DNA of 64,000 nt from IMG/VR virus record IMGVR_UViG_3300025012_000003. The stretch is one strand, 5' to 3'. Each line of letters begins with the position of its first letter. Position 1 is the stretch's first letter. Under the pieces are notes generated by a model. That model was given only the letters and a program-made list of their open reading frames with translations, was not told the origin of the DNA and searched no databases. A program made the position numbers and the translations under genes. This DNA is from a virus. Positions 21,170 through 33,300 of the stretch are shown piece after piece.

Positions 21170-21813
21170 AATTTATCCACCACATTTCCGATACATTCTA
21201 CTAATTGTATAAATCTCATAAAATCTATATTCGCACTCTCTTTACATTTTATTCTAGTTATATCATCCCCAAATTTTATTATAGATAAATCCAATTCTGA
21301 TAGTTTATTAATCAAATCTTGGTCGTCCGTATGTTCCATTATTCTGGGAATGAATTCTGTTCTTATCTCTTTTATGTCTTCTTTTATGTCGTTATGGTAT
21401 TCTATAAAAATATCTCTATGTTTCATATCTTCTTGAGAATCCAAGTAGTTTAATTCTTTTACAAGATTTTCTATGATTCCTGATATTTCTTTTCTGTTCT
21501 TCTTTTTATACATCAAATTCTTAACGATGTCAACAAAATTAAATTTCATTGATATTTTAACTAAGAGCTTTATTAAATGTTCATTAAGAATACTATAGTG
21601 AATATGTCTAACTTTCTCCCACTGTTTATTATTTTGTCTTTTCATGAATTTATCTATAATGAATAAACCTATAACCAACTCAAAACAAAATTGACCCCAA
21701 CCCGCTATCAGGTTTGGAGCGAAATTCTGCCAACCAAAACTAAGTCCGTAGATTGTTAAACCTATCCCAACGGCTAAGAAAATTATGGTGTAAAGTATAA
21801 GTTCGATATTCAT
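21163..21813 (-). CDS. Membrane protein (2 N-terminal TM helices)
   Basis: Hydrophobic N-terminal segments. Confidence 0.65.
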   Translation of the reverse strand: MNIELILYTIIFLAVGIGLTIYGLSFGWQNFAPNLIAGWGQFCFELVIGLFIIDKFMKRQNNKQWEKVRHIHYSILNEHLIKLLVKISMKFNFVDIVKNLMYKKKNRKEISGIIENLVKELNYLDSQEDMKHRDIFIEYHNDIKEDIKEIRTEFIPRIMEHTDDQDLINKLSELDLSIIKFGDDITRIKCKESANIDFMRFIQLVECIGNVVDKLC

Positions 21814-21868
21814 AATCTTACCTAATAGTTCTTCTCACTTAAAATATAAAAGAAATACAGTTAGGGGA

Positions 21869-23464
21869 TTAATCTTCCAACATATCTAATTGTCTAAGAA
21901 TTGCTTTTATACTTTCATGCCCTAATTTTAACTTCTGTTGGTTGTTTCTCTTGTCTGTTAATATATCCTTATGTTTTTGGAACACCTTCATCACATCTTC
22001 AAAGAATTGTTCAGATTCTTCAAAAGGTTTTTTAAAGTCTTCCATTATATCTTCTATCTTCTCTTCTTGATTTTCGTCTAAGTATATATCATTATATCTT
22101 AAATTCTCATCAGCCATCCACTCTGCATTACTTTCTATGCTTCCTCCAATATCCCCAAAGTCGGATTTTAATTCATAGTATTGAAAAGGAACCCACAAGT
22201 ATTTGAGATAAGAACCGTGAAAATCTTTTTTCTCATATCCAACAATATCTTCTATCTGTTTTATAGTCTCTGGACTTATAACACCGTACCTGTGTAATAG
22301 ATTAACTAAATCCCCGTGCATATCTGGATACAGAGTTAAGAAAGAATCAAGAGATTGTTCTCTCATATTCACGTCAAAGAATTTTTTAACATAACTGGAT
22401 ATTTCCTCATTCTGAGTTAAAGACCTCCAGATGGATTCTTTAGTTTCGTCTGCATAAACGGTGTCTATAAAATCGGCTATGTCGCTATCCATTTCTTTCA
22501 TAAGGTCAGACAACTGAACTTCTTGATAAACCCAATTATCTTTTACTTTAAAAACATACCCTGTAAGTTTATCCATACCATTAGCTATAGCTTCATTGGA
22601 AGGGTCTTTTACTAGCATAAACAATTCAGGGTGCTTCTCCAGATGTTCTTCTGCCACATCTGAAAAGAACTCTTTAAGACCTTCATGTTCAGATAAAAAT
22701 TCAAGTAAACTTACTTCTCTGTCATTTTTATCCATAAACTGTTGAGATTCAAAATGAAATTGATATTTCTCAGAGGGGTCTTGATTATTTATTATTACGT
22801 AGAGGATACCTTGTCCACTATAGGTATCGTAATAATATCTATCTGAGGTAGAAGCAGTACACCATCTGGTACCAGAACCTAAATTACATGATGCTTCATA
22901 GTTGTTAGGAGTCCATACCTGCCATTCTTTATCCTCATAAACCTTATCTGCATTCTGAAAACCTTGTTTTTTTATTTGTCTTTGCTTTTGTTTATTGGAC
23001 AAAGCTAATTCTTGGTCTTGTACAGAGTCTAATCCTACAGCTAAGTCAGGTAATGTCTTGAATTGGAATATATCTTTATTAGGAAATTTCTTTTTATTTT
23101 CTTCGAAGGAGTTTAAGTACTCAGTAACTTTATAGAAATCCTCAGTCTTTAGATTATTAGTAGTCCAAAGTTTTAATATCCATCTGGCATAGTTTCCAGC
23201 AATATCTCCTCCCTTATAGGTAGGGTCGAGATTAACAAGTTTCCAAAACAACCCATTATCAATAGCTGAGTAGTACTTTTTGTACATATCCTCTAAGCCT
23301 TCATTGAAGAATTCTTCAGTTACTTGTTTTAATTTCTTCTTTTTCTTTTTATGTTTCTTAGGGGATTCAGGATAAATAGCAAGATTAGTAGCAGGAGGAT
23401 ATGATATCTCCACATCGCCCTTTAGGATACCCTCGACTATCTCTTTAATCTTACGTAAACTCAT
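21869..23464 (-). CDS. PcfJ-like/WCT-domain phage protein, paralog 2
   Basis: YEASCNLGSGTRWCTA...KYQFHFESQQFMD; MSLRKIKEIVEG leader. Confidence 0.55.
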   Translation of the reverse strand: MSLRKIKEIVEGILKGDVEISYPPATNLAIYPESPKKHKKKKKKLKQVTEEFFNEGLEDMYKKYYSAIDNGLFWKLVNLDPTYKGGDIAGNYARWILKLWTTNNLKTEDFYKVTEYLNSFEENKKKFPNKDIFQFKTLPDLAVGLDSVQDQELALSNKQKQRQIKKQGFQNADKVYEDKEWQVWTPNNYEASCNLGSGTRWCTASTSDRYYYDTYSGQGILYVIINNQDPSEKYQFHFESQQFMDKNDREVSLLEFLSEHEGLKEFFSDVAEEHLEKHPELFMLVKDPSNEAIANGMDKLTGYVFKVKDNWVYQEVQLSDLMKEMDSDIADFIDTVYADETKESIWRSLTQNEEISSYVKKFFDVNMREQSLDSFLTLYPDMHGDLVNLLHRYGVISPETIKQIEDIVGYEKKDFHGSYLKYLWVPFQYYELKSDFGDIGGSIESNAEWMADENLRYNDIYLDENQEEKIEDIMEDFKKPFEESEQFFEDVMKVFQKHKDILTDKRNNQQKLKLGHESIKAILRQLDMLED

Positions 23465-23467
23465 TAA

Positions 23468-23953
23468 CTACTCTCTTCCGTCAATAAAAGATTTTAACTT
23501 ACTAACAAAAGGTTTTAGTGTCCTTCTTACTTCCTCTGAGTCGGAGTCAGTACTCATAGAATAATATAGACCGTCTTCTATTTCCTCTAATTCTTTTACT
23601 AAACTAGATAGCTCAGAACTATCCTCGTAGTTGTAGCCTTCATTTACTATCTTTTGTATTTTTTTAAATGACATTTTAAAACCTCAAACTATTCTATTCT
23701 TAGTATACTCTTTTTTAATACGTTCCTTCATTATACCGAATTTGGATTCTCCAAGAGAGGATATCAAGGCATCTTGAATGCCTCTTAAATAATATTTATT
23801 CTTCTCTGATTTATGCTCTCGGTAATCATAGTATGCTTTTCTATATAAGCTTATTGCGGATTTATCCATAGCATCTCTAGTAGGAGTACCTTTATTTGAT
23901 ATCTCCTCAAACAACTTTGTATCTTCTATATTTTTCAATATTTTCTTGAACAT
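23468..23953 (-). CDS. Two small proteins with basic leaders (23468..23674, 23684..23953)
   Basis: MSFKKIQKIVNEG; MFKKILKNIED. Confidence 0.7.
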
Positions 23954-23954
23954 T

Positions 23955-24359
23955 TTAATATCTCAGTATCGTTACCGCTTGTTTTACTTTAGCATTAAAG
24001 TAATTTCTACAATATTCTTCTGCCATTTCTTCATCGTAATCTTTACAGGAGTAGATATTTAGTGAAACTTTATCAAGATTATCGAAGGTGTGTATGGTTA
24101 TATTAGATGTTTTTAAGAATAACACAGTGGAGCATCCTTTAAGATGCTCAAACTCTTCGGGTGTTTTATCGGGGTCTTGTGTTGTATATTCCCAAGTATG
24201 TATCTCTACTGAAGTCATATCTATGAAATTGCATAAATCTTGAGTAAACTTCTCTACTCTATCTTTATTGAAATCTTTTAAATTACAATTATGTAAATCC
24301 AAAATTAATTCTTTTCCAAGTATTCTCCCCGAGTTTATTTTATCTTGTATTTCCGACAT
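23955..24359 (-). CDS. speD: S-adenosylmethionine decarboxylase proenzyme (SpeD/SpeH-like)
   Basis: GKELILDLHNC, GCSTVLFLKT|SNITIHTF, NIYSCKDYD motifs. Confidence 0.8.
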   Translation of the reverse strand: MSEIQDKINSGRILGKELILDLHNCNLKDFNKDRVEKFTQDLCNFIDMTSVEIHTWEYTTQDPDKTPEEFEHLKGCSTVLFLKTSNITIHTFDNLDKVSLNIYSCKDYDEEMAEEYCRNYFNAKVKQAVTILRY

Positions 24360-24399
24360 TCTAGTATTCCCTCAACTAATGCTAAAAACAAATAATTAT

Positions 24400-24415
24400 C
24401 TATTTAAAATATAAA
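24400..24415 (-). promoter_or_regulatory. Late-type promoter motif TTTATATTTTAAATAG
   Basis: Identical copy at 41741-41756. Confidence 0.55.
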
Positions 24416-24437
24416 TTAATCAATTGTTTTTTGCACA

Positions 24438-27400
24438 TTAATTGGTTAATTCCTGCATCATCCTAATACTTGTTATTTCATCCACACTGTCCAGTTCAAA
24501 TATTTTAATATCGTAGTTTTTTAATCTAAAGCCATACTCAAAATATCCTAACTTACCTTTAAATACTTCTAATAAAAAATTTTCGGTTAGAACAGTATTG
24601 TCTTGTCTTGGATTTCCATAACGATATTCTCTCCATTTACTTTTCTTTCCTCCACAAGTATAAAAGAACCTATACTCTGGGAAAGCAGAAAGGGATTCAT
24701 TCCAATGATTAATTCCAGTCTTCTTATAGCAGTAAACTTTAAGAGGGTTTAAATTTTCAGGAGGTTCTATCTTTCTTATCATCCAATAAGCTCCTGCATC
24801 ATCTTTCTAGCTTCTCTAAACTTATAGGATAATCTAAATCTATGACAATTTTGAGCATTCTTTTCATAACTAGCTTTATGACAAGGTTCTCGTTTATTTT
24901 CGTTATGTTCACATCTTCTGCAAACTTTATAAACACACCTACTAGCATTACATTTAGCTTTTCCACCATTACAACCTATACAACTCATCCTACTAACTCC
25001 CTCATCATTAAATGGTTTTTATATTCAAGGGGAGTCATACACTCATAAGATATCAATTCGTTACTTTCGGTGTATGCTTCTAATACTTGCTGAATACTTG
25101 TATAGCCAGTACGTCTGAATTTACCTTGATAATTATTCAAGATAACAAGATACTTATTTGTACTTTTTTGTTTATATATTAAGATGTCGGGCTTTACATC
25201 ATAATCCCAAGCAGGACTTACTATTAATTTATGGTAGATTGTCATTTCGTAAGTTCTTTCACAGTACAAGTTCCCTCATTATTTTATACTCCTCCACGGC
25301 TTCCCAGAATTCTTCCTTAGTTATCTTAGTCCAATTTCTTTTAGCTAGGATACTTTTACCCTGTGTAGTATTTGTGTAAAACTTTTTTATGCCGTTCAAA
25401 TGATAACTATGGGTTAATCCCCACTCATTTATTAAATGATAACTACCATAACCATCTTTATAGTATTCTGACATTACTCCCTCTTAATTGTAACCTATAG
25501 GTTACATTTTACTCTACTGATTGTAACCTATAGGTTACACTTTACTTTATAATCTATAGGTAATAATTTTAAATTTAAATTATCATGGATAGGTTATAAT
25601 TTTAAGATACTAACTCCTTCATCATAAAGTAACTGTTGTAATGGGACTCGTTTTCAAACTCTAATAAGTCCATGTGAGGTTTTTCATAATAAACATGAGC
25701 ATAACCAAAATATTTAGTTAGATAAGAAACCAGATGATTTACTTTTAAGCAATGCCATCTACCTTTATCGTCTTTAAGATAGATACCGCTCTTATCTCTT
25801 TTTATAGCCAATTCTTTAAAGTCGTCATTTTTAAATAGTGTGGTAGGGAAAGCTATGGCATAGAATTTACCTTCCTTGAATAGCTCACTGGGAATTTTAT
25901 AATTCTTGGTTATATTAGATAATTTTATCTTTTTCATTTTATTAGTAATCTTACTCATTCCGTTAATTCCTGTATGTGTTTCCACTTAGCCATACTCTCA
26001 TCATCTATGGTTAAACAATCATAAGGGCAATGTTCTACTGCTTTTATTATCTTTAATTCATTACCTTCTACGTTCTGATACTTTATATCTATTAGAAAAA
26101 AAGAATTTGGACTATCTATCAGAAAAACTTCGGGACAATAATACTCACAACGCTTACATAATTGACATTCATCTTTTATATGTATTATCATCTGATAAGT
26201 TCTTCCATAACTTTAATTTTATCTATCTCCTGTTGAATCATAAAGTCTGGCATATCATGAAGTTTTTGGAAGTCTTCCCCGCACAGATTGTAAATTCGTT
26301 CTATTATCTTGAATTTTATCGCATCGAAAGTTATCCTAGATACATGAGAATATAGAAAGGCTGTGTTTATATAATCAAATATCTCTTCTTCATAAGTCTT
26401 CTGGACTATCAATGTTAATAGTTCGGTTCGTAGAGGGTCAACTACACAATCATCCGTCATGAATTCAATACGTATACCACATTGAATTTCACCATGAATA
26501 CTATCAGTTACTTCTATATCTATTCTTGGATTTATCATATTTCTACTTCATTCTAAGGATAGATATAATTCCAGTAACTGTGAATATTGAATAAAAACAA
26601 TAAGCAAATATGAACATTCCCAAACAATTAAAAGATGCAGTAGCCATTCCCATAAATATGGAAAAGATAGGAAATAATAAAAGACTCATAAAGGTATAGA
26701 TTATTACTGCTGTTCTATTACTTTTTAGTTCCTCAGCTACTCTTTTCAACATCTGTTCTTCAGAAGACCAACCATTTCCTACGAAGCCTTCTATACCTTT
26801 AGCTATAGTGAGTATTTTAGTAGCCTTCTCTTCTATCTTTTTGTCATCGATGATTTTATATTTTATTAAATCCACTAATTCTAAAGCTTTATGTACCAAG
26901 CTCAAAGACAATTTAATCATTTTATTCTCCTTCTAATTAACATATATAATAATACCATAAATTAAGTTATTTGTAAAGTGCTTATTAAGATTAATTACTT
27001 AATTCTAACATGACTAGAATACTTTCTAATTCATCTAAACTTTCAAATTCTTTTACAATACTGCATCTCCATTCCTCACGAATAGTTTTTAGTGATTCTT
27101 CTTTACTTATACCCTCCAATAAGGAGTTGGATTTTCTATCTAAACGACATCCATCAAAAGTCAAATATACTTTATCGTCTTTGTATTCGTACACAACCAT
27201 CAGAGGGTCATTTATCCAACCCGCTAATACATAACTCATGATATAAGTTCTTCCATAACTTTAATTGGAATATAATGGATACCTAGCTCTTCTTCAACTT
27301 CCTCCTCGGTTAGGAAAGACCAATCTATCAATTGTTCCAAACTTCGTTTACCATTACCGTATTCAAGTAATTTATCTAATCTTTCATCAGAGACACTCCA

Positions 27401-28500
27401 ATTATTTTTATCGAAATAACATTCCAAGATTCCAGACCAAACATTTAATCTATAAAAGGATTTATAATTATAACCATTGTCAAATAAATAATATACGTAG
27501 TCTATGGGTTTCATAAAGTTAGCTCCAACATAGTAAGCATGGCATCTACTCTATCCTCGTCTTCTATTACTTCTCTCTTAATACCTTTTTTAGCGAGATA
27601 TAACATATCATCATAAGATTTTACCCACATTCCATCATCCTGCAATTTTTTATTAGAATAACGCTCAAATAATACATATTTACCTTTTTCGTAAAAATAT
27701 GTAGTATGCTTGATTCCTTCTATTATTTCTATAGTAATAAATCTTCTCATTTTATCATCTTGTCCAAATTATCTAATAAGGATTTTATAACGGGGTCTTC
27801 ATCTTTATCTTCATTCTGAGTTAATTCTCTCATCATGTCAGTCTTGAGTTTAAGATTCTTCTCTCTAATATCGATATAGATATTTATAACGAGAGGTACT
27901 CCAATACAAGCCAATGTCATTATTATATAAACAGTAATTCCTGTCCCTAAAGCTTCCATCATCTCCAATACCACTCATCCCAGACTTCTGATTCGTCTTG
28001 TGTTAATTCATTCATCATTCTTCTCTTAAGCATATCATTTTTGTATTTTCTTTCTTGTATCCAAAAATTAAGCATGCTTATACCCGTGCTTGAAAAACAC
28101 ACAACCCAAGCCCACACGTGGGCTTTCTCGGAATGTAATGAATTGAGATATGCTATTATGGCACAACATACAGTACATTGTATTAAATTAGCGTATCTTT
28201 TTATTTTTTCAATTTGCTTTTCGTTGAAAGTTCGTAACATATTTTAATTAATTCTAACTCTTTCTGTTTTTTCTCATAAAGATATTTAATAAATTCCAGA
28301 GTATTTTTATCACTTGAAACTATGTTGACGTGAATACCAAATCCATCCGAACAAAATGGTTCGTAATCGTAAACAACATAACTATTGTATTTACTTTTCC
28401 ACTCCACTCTTTCTATACTTGCATTTTCTTGACCCACTAGATTAACTAAGTCATCAAGAACTTTCTTATCGGGCACTTCAATTTCTAAACTATGTGTCAT
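24438..28500 (-). CDS. Array of small ORFs, 10 with a terminal MxEL[VITS]x tail, 2 with an internal copy, plus membrane ORF 26543
   Basis: ORF track and shared C-termini. Confidence 0.85.
25489..25560. repeat. Tandem 18-bp perfect palindromes TGTAACCTATAGGTTACA (x2) plus a degenerate third copy
   Basis: Copies at 25489-25506 and 25522-25539 (33 bp apart); ATAATCTATAGGTAATA near 25549-25565; intergenic. Confidence 0.85.
25955..26191 (-). CDS. Ferredoxin (single-cluster Fe-S type) with an appended ELTE tail
   Basis: CQLCKRCEYYCPEVF...AVEHCPYDCLTI. Confidence 0.8.
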   Translation of the reverse strand: MIIHIKDECQLCKRCEYYCPEVFLIDSPNSFFLIDIKYQNVEGNELKIIKAVEHCPYDCLTIDDESMAKWKHIQELTE

Positions 28501-28605
28501 TTAAATACCTCTTATCTCATATAACTTTTTAAATAAAGGATATAGGATACGAAAGAATAGCTTCTACTATATGAGATATCGTTGCGTATCCCTTACCTAT
28601 TTATA

Positions 28606-28669
28606 ATACTACCATAAAAAAAGAGAGCCGTCAAGACTCTCACAGTAAACATCACATTATTGTTACAAT
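28606..28669 (-). promoter_or_regulatory. Terminator/promoter cassette
   Basis: GAGAGTC-TTGACG-GCTCTC hairpin with T run; -35 28634-28629, 17 bp, TAGTAT; ATTGTTACAAT box 28659-28669. Confidence 0.7.
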
Positions 28670-29332
28670 TTATTTTAATGTGGCTATTCGAGAGCCATCA
28701 CTAAAACCAAATTTCTTTTCTTCATTATTCTTAGCTGTCTCCTCGACTTGTCTTTTCTCTGCCTTTTCTGCAAAGAAAATCATCTCGTCCAATAGTTGTT
28801 CAGCATATCCTCCCTCTTTAGCCTCTAGTAGCCACTTTGAAACTTTTTTATCATAAGCTTCTATCTCACTGGAAGCTCTGAATTCCAGTATGCCTTTTAG
28901 AAAATCCGACAATTCCAATCTCCTTTAACTATTAATCTGTTTCAATTCTTTTGGAGGATTTTTAAGGGTCTCCAGTTTTGTACTATACCTATTGAAGGGG
29001 TGAGAACGAAATACAGTCTTACCTTCTTTAAGCTCTTCCACATTATCTATCTTAGTAAATCGTGTCCAAGTACCATCACCATTTTCATAGATAACCATAT
29101 CGTCGAGATTTTCTTCTAACTTTGATTTTTCTTCTCCAAGTTTATCCATCTCATCTTTTATTTGTTTTAATCTTTCAACTTTATCTTTCATCTTTTTCCT
29201 CCACTTTTTTATAAGGTTTGCTTCCGAGCATCTTATGGAATAACCAAGGAGCTAAACCCCAAGGTAAACTTATTTTATAAAATTCACAGAAGTCCCAAAT
29301 GTATGACCAAATATTATTTTTGAAAGTGAACA

Positions 29333-29632
29333 TTATCCTTTTAATATTCCTATGATGTCTCTTTCAGTAATAATCTTATAAGGCTTCTGGTCTACTTTAA
29401 TTTCTACTCCAGCCATTCTATTAAATACTACGATGTCTCCCACTCTAACTTCAGGCTCTACTCTAGCACCGTTACTTAAGATAAGACCAGCCCCAACAGC
29501 TACAACTTTAGCTTTCTGAGTTGTCTCCTTTACTACGGTAGATTGTGGAAGAACGATACCGCCTTGAGTAATGGCTTCCGTGTCAAAAGGTTCAATAATA
29601 ATTCTATCACCTATTGGTTGTAATTCTGACAT
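29333..29632 (-). CDS. groES: Co-chaperonin GroES
   Basis: LQPIGDRIII...TQGGIVLP...KVVAVGAG...EPEVRVGDIVVF..AGVEIK...ERDIIG. Confidence 0.95.
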   Translation of the reverse strand: MSELQPIGDRIIIEPFDTEAITQGGIVLPQSTVVKETTQKAKVVAVGAGLILSNGARVEPEVRVGDIVVFNRMAGVEIKVDQKPYKIITERDIIGILKG

Positions 29633-29664
29633 AGTGATTTCCTTTCATACTAATATACTTTTAC

Positions 29665-29693
29665 ATTATATCATTTTGTGATTCTATTGTCAA
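29665..29693 (-). promoter_or_regulatory. Consensus sigma70 promoter for groES
   Basis: TTGACA-17-TATAAT exact. Confidence 0.8.
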
Positions 29694-29695
29694 TC

Positions 29696-30085
29696 CTATA
29701 ACTCTTCTATCTTAATTTTAAATTTATCTTCAAACCAATCCGCAAAGATTCTTCTATGACAGAATTTATTCTTACCTTCATAACATAGAAAAAGATAAAG
29801 ATTCTTTTCATTGTGCATTTGTTTTATTATATCTAATACAGCTCTACCATCGATAGAAGTTTCAAAATAGTTTTCTATTCCTTTTATATACATCTCTTTA
29901 AACTTATCTTTATTTATTGCCCCTGCTTGATATAAATTAAATAGGGTCTGAGACGGATACAGACAAGGAAGTTCCCTCGCTTTGTCTGTAATTTCTCCTC
30001 TAGGAGAAGTCCTAGATATTTTAAACAGTATTGCTTCTTTAGGAAACTTTCTCCAGTTAGCGTAATAGGATGTACAGATAGTCAT
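29696..30085 (-). CDS. DUF488-like protein
   Basis: TSYYAN..ISRTSP..LYPS..FLCYE..FCHRRIFADW. Confidence 0.7.
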   Translation of the reverse strand: MTICTSYYANWRKFPKEAILFKISRTSPRGEITDKARELPCLYPSQTLFNLYQAGAINKDKFKEMYIKGIENYFETSIDGRAVLDIIKQMHNEKNLYLFLCYEGKNKFCHRRIFADWFEDKFKIKIEEL

Positions 30086-30088
30086 AAA

Positions 30089-30334
30089 TTAGTCCCTATG
30101 AAATTCGTGGCAGTATCCACAATATTTATTTTCTACATCTTTTGGATGATAAGAAGTCTTGTTACATTTTAAACAAGTTATCCTAAGCATAAATCTTAAT
30201 GTAGAACCTGCCGTGTCTATAAAATATGTTTTCTTATTCTCAACAGCTCTTCTCCTAGGAATACCATATATCCATGACATTAGGAGTAAAAAAGATATAG
30301 AAAATATTAATAAGAATACTATAAAAAATGTCAT
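30089..30334 (-). CDS. Membrane-anchored zinc-finger protein (start uncertain, probably MTFFIV)
   Basis: TM segment then ITCLKCNKTSYHPKDVENKYCGYCHEFH. Confidence 0.55.
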   Translation of the reverse strand: MTFFIVFLLIFSISFLLLMSWIYGIPRRRAVENKKTYFIDTAGSTLRFMLRITCLKCNKTSYHPKDVENKYCGYCHEFHRD

Positions 30335-33300
30335 GATACTAACTCCCTCAATGTCATATAAGAAGTAAAATGGTCTTCGTCTATTTCCTCTAACGATGTA
30401 TAAGATGATTTCATAGGTATCCCAGAATGCTCCCAACTATGTTTAACTTCGTCCCAAAAGTATAGAAACCCAGTTGGAGAGGTTCTATAATAAGAGGAGC
30501 CTAGATTAGTTGTATATTTGAAATATTTAACCACTTACAAGTTCTTTCATTATTCTTAATTTTTCTATGTCATGAGTGTTATCTATTATCTTATAACCCA
30601 TGTGAACTTCTAAAAATTCTTTTTTACCATACTCATATATATCTGTACCATGGTAGATAATATGCCAAATATTTCCCCAGATTCTTCCAGTTTTAGCATC
30701 TACTTTGTCTCCAGCAACCCTAGCTAAAGAATTACCGTCTATTTTAACTATCATGACTTTTCCATCTGGGTCATGTACTAAGTAAAAAGGTTTTCTTCTA
30801 TCAGCCATCTTTTCTCTTCCTAGTACGTTTTGGTTTAGGTGGATTGTCCCTTTCCCATAACAGCTCTGACAGAAAATAATAATCTCTACAATATACTTGG
30901 TCGGGGTCTATGCCTTTTTTCTCACAATCTTTGATAAATTCTTTAATACAATTTTCATAGAATTGAAATTCTTTCGGATATTTCTCTTGTTTATATCTAA
31001 ACATTTCTATATGTGTAGGAATTTTAACGTCTACGGGTTTTGCATCCATTACTATTTCCACTTCTACTATTTCTAATTCATCAGCTTTATAGTAATGGGT
31101 TGGGGTAGAATAATCAGCATTAAACCACTCCGTACTATTTCTACGTACCCATTCTGCATGTTCAGGAGTCATAGACATCCAACAATTTATATTGTCTTTA
31201 TCTACCTCTATTATATACTGGAACTCTCCACAGAAATCTCCTCCCTCGTTAGAGGAGAGTCTTACTTTTAAGAATTCATTTTTAACTTTATGTCTTAGTC
31301 TATACTCTTTCACGGTTCCTGCCAGTCTTCACAAAACTCTTGTTCTATGTTAGTAATAATATTTTCTTCCACAGAACAAGTACCGTCTAAATAATGCTTA
31401 CAATTCTTACAACAGAGTTTCATGTTAATCTCTGTAAGTAATGAAGAAAGTTACGATATAGGAATTAGCTTGATTGTAGGGAGATTTAATTCCTTCTATA
31501 TTACTTTGTATTCCCAACACCGATTCTTCTGGGATATTAAATCTTGTCAATATTTCGTTCAAAGTCTCCGTAAGATTTTCATTATTAACATGATTCTTTA
31601 CATTAACTGCCTCTTTTACAACTTTAATCACAATATCTCCTCTGTTAATTCTTTCATAACTCTCATTTTATCTCGATATTCATAATCCGATGCTTTGATA
31701 TCTATTACCTCATCAAGGATACCATACATCCACATCTCGTTAAATAAGTCTAAGCCATAAGAGTCTAATCTCCGTCTCATAGCTTCTTCTATATGTTCTC
31801 TCTCCCTGTTAGGGAGAGTTCCTTTTCTTTTATAATCTTCAGAAAAACTATTCATATTTATTTACCACAAAGTACTTTAGCGGTAGTGTAAGCTGTTGTA
31901 TCTGGAGGAATTGCTTTCCAATTAGTCTTAAAATCTAGGAAAGCATCCTTATTTCCCATATAATCAAATCCTTGTCCTATTTCATTATTTTTAGAGTCAT
32001 ATCTTCTTCCGACAATAAGAGCAGTAGTAGCACTATCACAGTCATATACGACGTACACTACAACTGTCTCATAAACACTGACAGATAACTTTTCCCAAGC
32101 TTCTACGAGGTTGGGTTTATTAACATATCCCGTTACATGCTTAGAAGTTTTTACTGAGTTAGCATCTACTTCAACATTAGTCCCTTTAATGGGAATCCAA
32201 ACAGGGTCTTTGAAGGCTACTTTTTCTTCTGGCTTCGCTACTATTTGAGATTTAATTACTGAGGGTTTAACGTGTTTTCTAGCATGTAAGTAATCTGTGA
32301 TAGCCGAAGCGGTAATAGAAGATATTAAAACACCAACTATATACAATACAATATATTTTTTATTCATAACTTCTCCTTTTAATTAGTACTGTTTATAGTA
32401 TAATAGCTAAAACACTAAATGTCAATACTAAAACCACAAATATTAAGATAAGTGAAGCTATAATTTTAACAGGTTTATTTTCTATCTGATAATCTTCGTC
32501 TTCTACCATAATGTGTTTTCTAATCTCCTCAGCATGTTTTCTTTTTTGTTCCAGGATATCTAAGTGTTTTTGTTCTAATTTATAAGTAGTTACAAAATAT
32601 CTAGTGTCGCCTTTGCCCTTACAGACAATTACAATATCTTTGTTTCTACATTTAACTTTATAAATTCTTGTAGTTTTTCCAAATCTACTAATGAGTTCCG
32701 CTTTCCCCGTATCAATTTGGGAGAACATATCATCTATATCTAACTTAGATAAGTTGATGTCATGCCTTTCTTGAAACCTATTCATAAGATGAAGAAGACG
32801 ATTCCTTTGGGGAGTCTTATCTTTATTAGCGAATAGATATTGTGAATTTGTTCTCTTTTTACTAGCCATACTAACTTACCAGCTCTTTCATGTATAAAAA
32901 TCTATTTATTTCTTCTTGACTTGTTAATTCATAAACTTCTCTTTCTTCATCAAAATGAAGTATTAAATGAGTTAGTACTCTCGACCATATTCTTTCTTTT
33001 TCTTTGAATACTCCGTCAACATATAAATGAAGATGTCTTTTGTGTATCAGCCATTCAACAGTATGACACTGAATATTTTTTCTTCTTATTATATAGAAAG
33101 TTTTATTATCGAGATAATTATTGTATATGTTATCTAACCATTTACTATAAAAGCTATGGAAGAAACACACATCTCTAAACCATTGATGTTTTATATAAAA
33201 TATATCATTAGGTTTTATTTCTTTCAAGCTGTTAGCTCCCTTAACATTTTTACAGAGTCTATAAAGCTCAGACATTCTTCTTCTGTTATTTCATTAACAT

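Noticed and set aside
25489-25560. Mini CRISPR array (also considered for 4016-4065 and 38023-38060)
   Set aside because: Only two good copies each, spacers of 10-15 bp, and no cas genes; these fit operator-like sites better.
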